NCBI GenBank assembly: GCA_041640595.1
Contig: JBEPZY010000009.1
Coordinates: 1-64,000 of the forward strand
Source of the DNA: Gemmatales bacterium
GTDB lineage: Bacteria > Planctomycetota > Planctomycetia > Gemmatales > HRBIN36
Direction of reading: 5' to 3'
Length of the DNA: 64,000 nt
Shown here: positions 30,515 to 40,102 of the stretch, one piece after another
Position numbering within the stretch: the first letter of the stretch is position 1
Layout: each line of letters opens with the position of its first letter
Position numbers and translations under genes: made by a program
The notes under the pieces: model-generated
The model's input: only the letters and a program-made list of their open reading frames with translations
Database searches by the model: none
What the model was told of the DNA's origin: nothing

Positions 30515-31636
30515 ATGCTCTGGCGCTGGCGACGAACCTTATGTTGGCTCGGCTTTCTACTCACGATAGCAGGTGCGTCTTATTCTCCCTCAGTTGGCCT
30601 GGCACCTCGGCGTTCCTGGTGCGGGATTTACCCGACTGTAGTAACCCCCTGGCGTTGCGATGGCACTGTGGATGAAGATGCATTGCGGCGGCAAATTGAA
30701 TTCCAGCTCTGCGGTGGCGTGCATGGCATCTTAGTCCTGGGCACGTTCGGCGAAGGAGATTACGCTACCTTACAGGAGCGTGCAGCGGTGATTCGCACAG
30801 CGGTGGCAACGGTTCGCCAGCGGGTTCCCGTGGTAGTCGGCGTACATACGAGCGATTACCAGCTCGCCCGCACTATGGCTCGCCAGGCTCAGGAACTCGG
30901 AGCCGATGCCATTCTGGTCAAATATTTAGGGGATCCCTGTGCCGACCCTGAGCGTGTCTATCAGTTCTATAAGAACCTGAGCCAGGAACAAATTCTGCCG
31001 ATATTCTATTACCATTTTCCGGGCCAGACAGGACTATACTTACCGCCGCAGGATTTGGCACGTATCCTCATGTTACCAGGTATAGTGGGTATCAAGACCT
31101 CGACATTAGACCTGGCGGAAACCCGTACCTTGATTTATCTCACCCGGGGCCACGGAAAGGTTTTTCTAAGCGGAACGGCTCTCAATCTCACTCAATATCT
31201 GGATGCAGGCGGACATGGTGCTATGTGCCCCGAGGCTGTGCTTCTTCCTGATCTTACTGTCGCCACCTATCACGCTTATCTTCAGGGAGCGACGGTGCAG
31301 GCACGCACCTGGCAACGGCAGCTATTCATCGTCGCTCCCTTACTCCGCGATCGCCCCACACCTGTCTTTCTCGCCCGGCATATAACCATGTTTGCTCAGG
31401 ATCGGGATATTAGTATTCCGGTGCGTAGCGATACTGGACAGGCTCGTCTCAAGGCTACCTTGAATGCACTCGGTATCTGCATGAACGCTACGGTGAAATG
31501 TCCGCTGCCGCAGCTGGATTGCCAGGATGCGATCAAGGTACATCTGGCTGCAAGCCGAATCAAACGCTTATGCAAACATTCAGAATGCGTGCTGGAAGCC
31601 GAACCAGAGAAACAACGGACTTTCTTCGCCGACTAA
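30515..31636 (+). CDS. DapA/NAL-family (dihydrodipicolinate synthase-like) aldolase with N-terminal hydrophobic leader
   Basis: GIYPTVVTPW, LGTFGEG, GADAIL, IFYYHFP, IVGIKTS (Schiff-base Lys). Confidence 0.85.
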   Translation: MLWRWRRTLCWLGFLLTIAGASYSPSVGLAPRRSWCGIYPTVVTPWRCDGTVDEDALRRQIEFQLCGGVHGILVLGTFGEGDYATLQERAAVIRTAVATVRQRVPVVVGVHTSDYQLARTMARQAQELGADAILVKYLGDPCADPERVYQFYKNLSQEQILPIFYYHFPGQTGLYLPPQDLARILMLPGIVGIKTSTLDLAETRTLIYLTRGHGKVFLSGTALNLTQYLDAGGHGAMCPEAVLLPDLTVATYHAYLQGATVQARTWQRQLFIVAPLLRDRPTPVFLARHITMFAQDRDISIPVRSDTGQARLKATLNALGICMNATVKCPLPQLDCQDAIKVHLAASRIKRLCKHSECVLEAEPEKQRTFFAD

Positions 31637-34600
31637 TCGAGCAACATCAAAGCGGAATGTGGTGCGTTCGATAAAGCTTAGCCAGGCGATATCCAGGCGT
31701 AAGCCCGCGCCAATGCTGTGGGCCACGCCCTCTACAATTCGCTCGTTGAGATATACAGCGCCGACGTCGTAAAACACTGCCCCATATACATGCGTAATGC
31801 GAGCGGTATTATCAGCGATACTTAGTTGCCAGTCGCGGTAGATAGGAAATCGCCACTCTATCGAAGCCAGCCACAGAGCGCTGCCTTCTCGATCCGAGCG
31901 ACCCAGACCGCGGAGCCGTAGCGAACCGCCAAGTTGAAAATGCTGACCATTGCCCGGCCAGCCTGCACCTCCGGCCAAACGGAACGCAAGACGGGTCTGC
32001 GAAAGGTACCCGTAACCATCTGGAAACCGCCAGATATAACTCCCCTCCGCGAAAATCCGGTGATAGGTTTCGTCGCCGCCCAGGATGGGCTGGCCATTCT
32101 CGTAGTAAGCGTAGAAACGGTAACCAGCATCCGGGTCCCAATAGGGGGTACGAAAATCGCGGTAATACATGACACCCCAGGCAGCGAGGTTATCATAGCG
32201 TTCGATTCCAGCTCGCCGTACCGGCCCCCTGCCCGTGAACTCGTTTTCCATTCGCCCATAAACTTCGATAAACTCCATCGGATTCATATACAGGCTGGGA
32301 GTATAGCTGAATATATAGCGGCCGAAAACCTTGGCGCGATCCTTTTGAAAGTTCGACCAGTCCGGTGATAAACTTCGCGAATATTGTGCGCCGATCTGTG
32401 TCCGGGGTAGCGGGAAATGATCCCAGATCGCATCGGCGCCCACGCGGAAATCCTGATCATTCGGATCGTAAGCCAGGAACACGCCGCCGCGAACTTCCTG
32501 CAATCTATAGATTCCCAAACGCAATCCCATATACGGCTGCTGTCCGAACGCCGGGTCCGTCAGTCCCGCCCACGGACCGAATGTAACCGCCCAGCTATCG
32601 TAAGGCACAGTAAGGTCGGTTTCATCGAGATTGGTGTATAACGGCGTAAATCGCCAGCGAATCGGCGTGGGCCAGGTGTTATTAGCAGGATTGGCGTCGG
32701 GAATAATTTGTTCAGGGTCCACGCTTATCTGCTGGGGAATGTCCTCCAGCTCGAGCACGATACGGTAACGGTTCGGGCCGATTGGTTCGACCAATCCAGG
32801 CGGATCGCTTAGATCATAGTGCGATGCATCAGGGCGCAAAGGAATACGGTATTCGTGCGATTCTTTGCTCGGGAGAGTTATACCAATGGTGGTCGGCTCT
32901 GTTCGGTTTCCTTTCTGCCGAACAGTAATTTCTACTTGATATTTCCGGCCACCAGTCCCAGGAAATTGCCGCAAAAGCTGCGGACACAAAATCGGAATGC
33001 TTAGACCTTGATCGGTTTCCCAAGTAACACGGACGTGCTCGATCGCCCAATCACTGATACCGACCTGGTAAAGCCAGTCATCGAAAAATTGTTGCCAGGA
33101 CTGACCAGTATAGGTTTCTAATTCTCGCTGGAAATCAGCCACGCGAAGGATGCGGAAATAATACCGGCGATAAATACTCCGAAAGAGATCAAAAAACGCA
33201 AGCTCGCCCAACCGGTTTTCGATCATTCCCAGGATTTTGCCTCCGCCGTCGTAGGTCATGCTGAACAAGGTCACCACGTGACCGTACCCAGGCAGGGGTT
33301 GAACGATAGGCGTTTGCTCACCGCGAGCCAGCGTGCCATAGTAACCGCTCAGGCGATAATCATTATAGCGAACATTAGGTGCCCAGCCATTTAACCAGCC
33401 CGGCAGATTAAGCAGGGTGAAATTAGGACCATATTTCTGGGCCATTCTCTTAGCGGTAAAATAGCTGACGACGCCTTCGTCCATCCAGGTTTCGGCGTAA
33501 CCGTTGGTGCCGACCACATTGTACCACCATTGATGTAAAGTTTCATGGCTGACTAAGTGGTCTAAATAACGTTCCGCGAATTCAGGAATACTGAACACAC
33601 GATGGTCAATCTGGATCAGGCCAGCACTTTCATTGCCATTCCACGGAAAATACGATTCGACGATATCAAATTCGTCGTAAGGATAAGGACCGAACCAGCG
33701 ATTATAGATAGCGATGGCCTCACAGGCATATTGTATGGCTTTTTTTGCCAGGTGTTGGTGTTCGGGAAAAGCGAGGACACGGACACGAATGCCGTCTGTC
33801 ACAGCGCTATACTCCTGAAAACGGTGACTGCATACTAAGCAGAAATCGCGTGCGGCAGGGCAGAATATAGTGGACTGCTTATAACCATTACCTAGTGGCT
33901 TCTCCTCGAGGATGCGGCCAGTGCTGGCGATTCGCTGGTTGTCTGGCAAAGTAATACGGACGTGATAGACTCCGGCCTCTTGAAAAAACGGTTGATGCCA
34001 GGGAATAAAGGGAGTGGGTTGCCAGCCGTTCTCGTCATAATAGGCAAGAACCGGGTACCAATTAGTAAGCATAGTGACGCCTTGATAATGTCCCCAGCGT
34101 CCTTGAAGTTGCGGTAACTGCAGGGTGTAATCCAGGATGACGGTTACCGACTCGCCTTGGGAAACTGGCGAGGGCAAGGGGATGACCAGCGCGGTCGGCA
34201 AATCAGGATGCCAGTGAAAGTCCAGGCGTTGTTCGCCGAGCCACACCTGATGAACGGTAAGTCGCTGCCCTTGGGAATCGAGAGCTTCGCGGTAAGCAGT
34301 GCGCAGCAATTCGAGCGTTTTAGCCAGCAAACTAAGCTCTTTCCCTTCAGCACGATAACGTGGGTAGGCATTGAACACCAGCTCGTGAGCAACTCGGCGA
34401 TGGCGGTTATGGAAGGTGGTGCGCTGGCGAACATGCACGCAGAGCTGGGTAAGGTCCAGGGCTATATCCAGCTCATAGCGTGGCAACCAGCTCGGGATGG
34501 TATAAGCCTCGCCGGATTCAGCCAGGGAGGACGAAGGCGAGCCGCAAGCCCAGGGGAGAAAGTCAAGTGCTGTGCCAAGCGCCAGGATCACTAAAAATGC

Positions 34601-34768
34601 CAGCCAGGCTGTTAGCGGCCATCGAGCAAAGAAATGCAAGGCACCGGTTTCTGGGCGCGCAAACCACCCACGGGCTGACCATAACAGCGCAGCCGAGCAC
34701 AAGCGGACAGAAACACCAGTCGTTGCAGGTGCTGAGGATAAGGGATTCGTTGTCGGAATACGCGGCAT
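31580..34768 (-). CDS. M1-family metallo-aminopeptidase fused to a C-terminal Omp85/BamA-like beta-barrel
   Basis: HETLH-x18-E zinc motif (HETLHQWW...WMDEG). C-terminal FQLGGSLRLRG, ASIEWRFPI, FYDVG, SIGAGLR, and terminal FGFQHAF. Confidence 0.8.
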   Translation of the reverse strand: MPRIPTTNPLSSAPATTGVSVRLCSAALLWSARGWFARPETGALHFFARWPLTAWLAFLVILALGTALDFLPWACGSPSSSLAESGEAYTIPSWLPRYELDIALDLTQLCVHVRQRTTFHNRHRRVAHELVFNAYPRYRAEGKELSLLAKTLELLRTAYREALDSQGQRLTVHQVWLGEQRLDFHWHPDLPTALVIPLPSPVSQGESVTVILDYTLQLPQLQGRWGHYQGVTMLTNWYPVLAYYDENGWQPTPFIPWHQPFFQEAGVYHVRITLPDNQRIASTGRILEEKPLGNGYKQSTIFCPAARDFCLVCSHRFQEYSAVTDGIRVRVLAFPEHQHLAKKAIQYACEAIAIYNRWFGPYPYDEFDIVESYFPWNGNESAGLIQIDHRVFSIPEFAERYLDHLVSHETLHQWWYNVVGTNGYAETWMDEGVVSYFTAKRMAQKYGPNFTLLNLPGWLNGWAPNVRYNDYRLSGYYGTLARGEQTPIVQPLPGYGHVVTLFSMTYDGGGKILGMIENRLGELAFFDLFRSIYRRYYFRILRVADFQRELETYTGQSWQQFFDDWLYQVGISDWAIEHVRVTWETDQGLSIPILCPQLLRQFPGTGGRKYQVEITVRQKGNRTEPTTIGITLPSKESHEYRIPLRPDASHYDLSDPPGLVEPIGPNRYRIVLELEDIPQQISVDPEQIIPDANPANNTWPTPIRWRFTPLYTNLDETDLTVPYDSWAVTFGPWAGLTDPAFGQQPYMGLRLGIYRLQEVRGGVFLAYDPNDQDFRVGADAIWDHFPLPRTQIGAQYSRSLSPDWSNFQKDRAKVFGRYIFSYTPSLYMNPMEFIEVYGRMENEFTGRGPVRRAGIERYDNLAAWGVMYYRDFRTPYWDPDAGYRFYAYYENGQPILGGDETYHRIFAEGSYIWRFPDGYGYLSQTRLAFRLAGGAGWPGNGQHFQLGGSLRLRGLGRSDREGSALWLASIEWRFPIYRDWQLSIADNTARITHVYGAVFYDVGAVYLNERIVEGVAHSIGAGLRLDIAWLSFIERTTFRFDVARLVGEESPLFLWFGFQHAF

Positions 34769-34912
34769 GAGTGTTCGAGTTTACGTCTGGCTCCCGGTGC
34801 CAGGCGAAACATAGCAGAGGACGAATGCCGGTCAATCGGAATCCGCTCATCCAGAAGCGAAAGGTGCTGCGCTATTTGCGATGCACGAACACAACTCGCA
34901 GGAGCAGCAAGT

Positions 34913-35792
34913 GTCTGTCTGCGTGGGTTGCATTGCGCCGCGCGGACCGTGCACAGCGAATAACATCCGGCGAATAACGACTGTTGAATCTGGACGGCGC
35001 GCATCAACTCGCCGTGGTTTGGGAGTCGCGCTTGCGGGGGCGATTCAGCACACAATCACGGCATACCTCGCCTGCAATTAAGAGCGGCGGGCGTCAGCCC
35101 GCCGTGGGTTCCGAAATCGCGCCGGCAACGGCGACCGGTTTTCGCGGGTGAATTACATTTGCACCGCACGTCCGGCTCCCGCACCACGGCTGGCTTACGC
35201 CAGCCGCTCCTGATGCACGACGTCGGTGCACCGAAAAAACCACATTCGCGGTGCACAATCGCTCGTTCTACAAGAGCGGCGGGCATCAACCCGCCGTGCT
35301 TCGGGAATCGCGATTGCGACGGCGAAGGGTTTTTGCGGATGGATTACATTTGCACCGCGCATTCGGCTTCCGCACCACGGCTGGCTTATCCCAGCCGCTC
35401 CTGATGCACGACGCCGGTGCACCGAAAAAACGATATTCGCGGTGCACAATCGCATGTTCCCAGGAGCGGCGGGCATCAACCCGCCGTAGCCGGCGAACCG
35501 AACCCAGTGCCGCGAGAATCACGCACCGTTGGCCGACCGTGCGATCCTGGAACAAAAGCGGTGCACGTTAGCCCACCGTGCGTCGCATTGCGCGGCGCGG
35601 ACAGTGCACGGCGAATAACGTCCGGCGAGTAACGACTGTCGAATCTGGAGCGGCGGGCGTCAACCCGCCGGGCCTTAGGAGTCGCATTTGCTGGTGCGAT
35701 TCGTTACACAATCACGGCATACCTCGCCTGCAATTAAGAGCGGCGCGCATCAACCCACCGTACTTTGGGAGTCGCGCTTGCGGGGGCGATTC
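34913..35792. repeat. REP-like palindrome array 3 with internal ~190-bp duplications
   Basis: Units at ~34993 (degenerate), 35080, 35184, 35272, 35375, 35462, ~35557 (degenerate), 35646 and 35736. Block 35080-35270 resembles 35272-35460, and 34925-35107 resembles 35580-35763. Confidence 0.88.
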
Positions 35793-35927
35793 CACGGCGT
35801 CATCAGACGCAAGGCTGGTCGCAGACACCTAGGGCCGGGAATCTCAGCTCAATGCGATCGGTCGTCATCAGACGGAGCGCTGGTTACAAGCGACCTTTGC
35901 GAAAAATTTTTTGCGAACAGAATTCTC

Positions 35928-36230
35928 CTGACTTATCCCCAGTTTTGACGGGAGCTCTGCTGGACGTAAGGCATGGGAATGATAACGGTTACTTCGGGTG
36001 GCTTTTTTCGGGGGCACCTTGAGCATGCAAGACCCGCCTGAGCTCCTTCAGGTTATTGGTAAAGGGCCGCCGACCGCCGAGCACGTGGTTGAAGTCGATC
36101 GCCTTGGCCGAAAGCCGGGATGATGCCGACGGGCGACGCTCGGAGCCGAAAGTGTCCGACCTTTCGTGAACGATTTACTAGCCAGGTGATACGAAAGAGC
36201 CCGCCTAATCAAAAACTGGGGATGAGTCTG
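35928..36230. mobile_element. Putative MITE / IS remnant bounded by imperfect terminal inverted repeats
   Basis: Left end CTGACTTATCCCCAGTTTTGA (35928-35948). Right end reverse complement CAGACTCATCCCCAGTTTTTGA (36209-36230). No transposase-length ORF inside and no clear target duplication. Confidence 0.55.
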
Positions 36231-36275
36231 TAGGTCCGGGGATTGAACTTAGGGTTGCCAGCACCTTATGAGTGA

Positions 36276-36590
36276 AGGCTGGGGGATGAGACGACTAAGG
36301 GAGTAGGTCGGGGGATTGAACTTAGGGTTGCGAGCACTCTCAACAACCAGGAGCCACAATAATTTATCGGTCGGGTACTTGAAGCAAATGTGCGAAGGAT
36401 AAAAGCCTGGCTTGAGCAAGGTGCTACGGGAAAATTAGAACTGATTGAGATATCTCCACAGCCCGTCGGTCTGGTTCTCGAAAGAGGTTGCGATAGACTA
36501 TTAGATGGGCACACGATAAAGGTGATTCTCGTGAAGGATGATAGGTCGGAGCTTGGCTACAAAATACTCACGGCCTTTGTGAATCCCTGA
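36276..36590 (+). pseudogene. Truncated bacterial RNase A-like polymorphic toxin C-terminal domain
   Basis: One frame reads RLGDETTKG...VASTLNNQEPQ*FIGRVLEANVRRIKAWL...VILVKDDRSELGYKILTAFVNP, with an in-frame TAA at 36360-36362. The N-terminus is missing. Confidence 0.6.
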
Positions 36591-36627
36591 GCTGAGAGGC
36601 CTTACGGTCAGACCCGGAGGTAATGGC

Positions 36628-37011
36628 ATGAACTTGATTATGTACTGCCATCGCAGATGGCCTAACTTGTGTTCATTGATGACTATCTACTTTGGTCAAG
36701 ATTTTGTTGATTTCTTCGGGTCTCCGGAAGGGGCACTCCGTGCCATTTTCTACGGAACCCCAGATGAGGAATGGGCTCCCCTAAGTAAGGATGAGCTGTC
36801 GGCTGTCCTGCGAGAACTTGAGGAATTCATGGATTTCGCACGGGAGTATCTGCGCAAGCACCCAGAAAAGAAAGAAGATGTTGTGCTTGATATGCTTGGC
36901 TGCGCCTACAACACTTATGCGAGTGGTTTTACCCCCATGCAATGGCTGGAGTATCTTCGTAACCGTATACGGGAGCATCTGGAAAAAATCCAGAAGCAAG
37001 ACGCAAGCTAG
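36628..37011 (+). CDS. CdiI-like contact-dependent inhibition immunity protein
   Basis: WPNLCSLMTIYFGQDF...ELSAVLRELEEF...LGCAY...TPMQWLEYL pattern. GGAGG RBS upstream, located directly after the toxin remnant. Confidence 0.7.
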   Translation: MNLIMYCHRRWPNLCSLMTIYFGQDFVDFFGSPEGALRAIFYGTPDEEWAPLSKDELSAVLRELEEFMDFAREYLRKHPEKKEDVVLDMLGCAYNTYASGFTPMQWLEYLRNRIREHLEKIQKQDAS

Positions 37012-37130
37012 ATTAGAATTCGTACGAGCGTTTCCGATATTCCCAGGCTGATTTGTTCCCTCGAGAACAAAAACGCGCCGCGATTCTTCGCCAGCGATTT
37101 AGAGATCAGATCGGCTGGCAGTGGAGTTTA

Positions 37131-38429
37131 TCAAGGATTTTTGACGTCGTAGCAGTAGATGGTGTCCTGGTCGCGGATATAAAGGTGTCCGTTGGCCAGT
37201 ACAGGGTGTGGCCAGGTCGGGCGATCGCTGCGTTGCGGGAGCTTGAAACGACTAAGTTCGCGATAAGCTTTCGGAGAGGCCTCGACCAGGCCGACCACGC
37301 CGTTCTCACTAAGTACGAAAAGAAGTCCATCCGCATAGACAAGCGAGCCTTTGCCCACGCTGCGATCTTTCCACATAACTTCGCCGGTATCCCATTTCAG
37401 GCAAGTCAGAACGCTGCTATCGTAGCCATAGATATAGCCATCCACGAGGACGAACCCGCCGTGATGGTTTTTCAAGTTCTTGTTGAAGTAAACCTCCTCG
37501 GCCTTTCCGTCCGGCATCAAGCGTAATAAGGCGCAGCCGGTGCCGTAATCGGAACTATAGAAGATATGGTTGTCGTGGAAAACGGGCGTAGCGATGTTAG
37601 CAGTGCCGTTGGCCACTTTATTGTAACGCCAGAGAAAACGCCCGTCCTGGAGGCGACAGGCGTAGGCCCCGCGGCTGGTGAAAGTGGCGACCTGATCGAG
37701 ATCGCCAACGCGAAACAAAATCGGCGAAGCATAGCCTGCCGGCTCACGACCTTTAGTTGCCGGGTCTTTACTTGTCCAGACGGTCTTGCCGGTGTGTTTA
37801 TCCAGTGCCACCATAGTGGCCTTGTTACCGCCGGGGGTCACGATAACCCAGTTGCCGACTATAAGTGGCGATTCACTAATACCCCAGCCGATATTCGAGG
37901 CGTCAAATTCTTTCAAGATATTGATGCGCCAACGAACCTGACCATCGAGAAGCTGCAAACAGGTCAGGTCGCCATTAGCTCCCAGAGCGTAAACTAAGTC
38001 GCCATCAATGGTGGGCGTGCAGCGTGGACCATCCCCGTAGCTGTTATGATAAGCGTTGCCGCTAAGTGTGCGCCAAAGCTGTCGCCCGGTATGGACATCG
38101 AAACAAAGGATATATTCCTTCTCGTCCTTACCCTCTCCGAGGTTGCCCATGGTGAGAAGGCGCCCGCGGCTGATGCTGGGGCCGGAATAACCGCGACCGG
38201 CCCCCCGAGCTTGCCAGACCAGCCTGGGGCCATCTTTCGGCCAGCCCCGCAGGAAACCGGTCTCGCGCGATTTGCCGTTGCGTTCCGGGCCGCGCCACTG
38301 GGGCCAGTCGAATGCGTTTGACTGGTCTGGAGCAGGTGCCAGGGCGATGGAACGCGACGGACCTGGCAGAGTGAGTCCGATTACGACCAGGGCGAATAGA
38401 CACGCAGCAGGGACGCATAGTTTTCGCAT
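37131..38429 (-). CDS. Secreted PQQ-binding-like beta-propeller protein
   Basis: Signal peptide, DWPQWRGPERNG, repeated TGxxxW motifs, TWPHPVLANGHLYIRD. Confidence 0.88.
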   Translation of the reverse strand: MRKLCVPAACLFALVVIGLTLPGPSRSIALAPAPDQSNAFDWPQWRGPERNGKSRETGFLRGWPKDGPRLVWQARGAGRGYSGPSISRGRLLTMGNLGEGKDEKEYILCFDVHTGRQLWRTLSGNAYHNSYGDGPRCTPTIDGDLVYALGANGDLTCLQLLDGQVRWRINILKEFDASNIGWGISESPLIVGNWVIVTPGGNKATMVALDKHTGKTVWTSKDPATKGREPAGYASPILFRVGDLDQVATFTSRGAYACRLQDGRFLWRYNKVANGTANIATPVFHDNHIFYSSDYGTGCALLRLMPDGKAEEVYFNKNLKNHHGGFVLVDGYIYGYDSSVLTCLKWDTGEVMWKDRSVGKGSLVYADGLLFVLSENGVVGLVEASPKAYRELSRFKLPQRSDRPTWPHPVLANGHLYIRDQDTIYCYDVKNP

Positions 38430-38671
38430 GTTCTGGCTCCGTTGAGGGTGGAAGGTAAGACCCGCAGTCCGGTAGGCGTGTGGCTAAGGTGGCAGGGTCA
38501 GGGTGAAATGGCGTGGTGGGCGGCTGGTTATGCATACATAGTACGGAAACTGCGGCAACTGGACTAGACAACGTGCAGCATTGTCGGCATAAGCGGCGTG
38601 CTTCCGGGAGAAAGTGTGGGGGCACTAAATTTGGCTGGAATGGGGGCCAGCTTATGGGACACGGGGATAAC

Positions 38672-39454
38672 ATGCTGCCGCGACGACGTTGCTTGTCATC
38701 GAGGCGGGTATCCGAGACACTCGCTGCAGGCCTCGCTGTCGTTTGGTCGCTGTTGGCAAGCGCTGGTACATCCATCGGCTGGTCGGCGCCACCGGAATCT
38801 GGTTCGACAACGGCCCCTGTAACATCCAGAACTGCCGATGCGAACAAAACAACGGATCATGGGTTTTTGCGGCCGAGTGTGCGGCGTTCTGGCGGAACCG
38901 CTCCAGCCCAATCCGGCAACACGGCACGAGGCACGGATGAACGCGAAAGCATTGCCGCACGATTGCGACGAAGATTGGAAGTGTGCGATCGCATCAAGGT
39001 CATTGCACTGGAAACTGGTGATGCCCGGCTGGAGGCAGCAGCGAACGAAGTGGAAAACCTGATCTGGCAGTGGTACCTGGAAGAAAGCAGCCAGCGAAAT
39101 TCTGTTGTTCGCGGTCAATGGAACAGGTCGGCGGGCACCAGCTGGCAGCCCGGCAGCAGCTCCACCGTTCAGAGCTCGCAGGTGCCGTCTGCGGATGAAA
39201 ACGCATCCACTCCGCTGCGGTTAGCTAAACCCCAAACGGTGGAGCGGCCTGCTTCCGTCAGTAATAACGCAAGTGAGCGGCCCGCAATATCGCCGGCATT
39301 TCAGGAATTGCAACATCGTCTCGATCGCCGTGATGTCCACACCATCCGCGGCTCGTCGGCTGGCGATGTTGTTAGCCCGTTACGGTCCGAGGCACCCGCA
39401 AAAACGAGTTCGACAACACAGGGCAAGGCCGGTATGTCGGAGGAGTCGCCGTGA
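38672..39454 (+). CDS. Hypothetical exported protein
   Basis: Signal-like N-terminus and a helical core RLRRRLEVCDRIKVIALETGD flanked by low-complexity sequence. Start uncertain. Confidence 0.55.
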   Translation: MLPRRRCLSSRRVSETLAAGLAVVWSLLASAGTSIGWSAPPESGSTTAPVTSRTADANKTTDHGFLRPSVRRSGGTAPAQSGNTARGTDERESIAARLRRRLEVCDRIKVIALETGDARLEAAANEVENLIWQWYLEESSQRNSVVRGQWNRSAGTSWQPGSSSTVQSSQVPSADENASTPLRLAKPQTVERPASVSNNASERPAISPAFQELQHRLDRRDVHTIRGSSAGDVVSPLRSEAPAKTSSTTQGKAGMSEESP

Positions 39455-39504
39455 TTTTTTCGCGGCAGGATGAGTGTAAGGGCTTCGGCGAAGACGCGAA
39501 AATC

Positions 39505-39882
39505 ATGTCGCGTCCGCATAGCGAACCCGCGCCAGCCGTCAACAATCGGCTCGGTTCGGTGAGGTTGCGGCAGATGAGCATTATTGCCGTCGCGCTCATC
39601 CTGGGAAGCTGGGGTTGTCAGAGCGTTTCCACGGGATTGCACGACCAGTTAGTACGGGGAAGCGCGGTCTCGCCAGAAGAAGAGCGGGAACAAGGTGTGG
39701 CCGGTTCGCGGTGGTGGACGAACTGGTTTGCGTGGCTGAAAAAAAGCGAAGCTGGTACCGCCTCGCCCGTTGCTTCGCCGCCCCCGGTTCAACCCGATCA
39801 GGTAACACCAGCGACCGCCTGGCACGTGTTGCAACAGTTGCGAGCCGAGGTCGAACGCGATCGCCAGAATCCGGGCGATTAG
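39505..39882 (+). CDS. Hypothetical lipoprotein
   Basis: IIAVALILGSWGC lipobox-like motif. Start could be 39505 or 39574. Confidence 0.55.
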   Translation: MSRPHSEPAPAVNNRLGSVRLRQMSIIAVALILGSWGCQSVSTGLHDQLVRGSAVSPEEEREQGVAGSRWWTNWFAWLKKSEAGTASPVASPPPVQPDQVTPATAWHVLQQLRAEVERDRQNPGD

Positions 39883-40102
39883 TTCTAGACAACCGCTGGA
39901 GCTATTGCAGGCATCCAGAGAATCAGGGCGAGCGAAGCAGCAGTGGCTGGGGTTTTGCGCAACTGTCCTGGCGGGGTTAGAAGGCCCCGCTACCTATGGT
40001 CGCCAGCTTCGGGGTCTCGACGAGCCTGGTGGCGCTGCTCATTGCAAAAGCCGCATGGCTGAAAGCAGCCGCCTCGCTGGTGCAAGGGCGCTGACTGTCC
40101 GA

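Noticed and set aside
35989..36120. Short minus-strand frame inside the IR element, considered as a transposase
   Set aside because: About 43 codons with no recognisable DDE or HUH motif.
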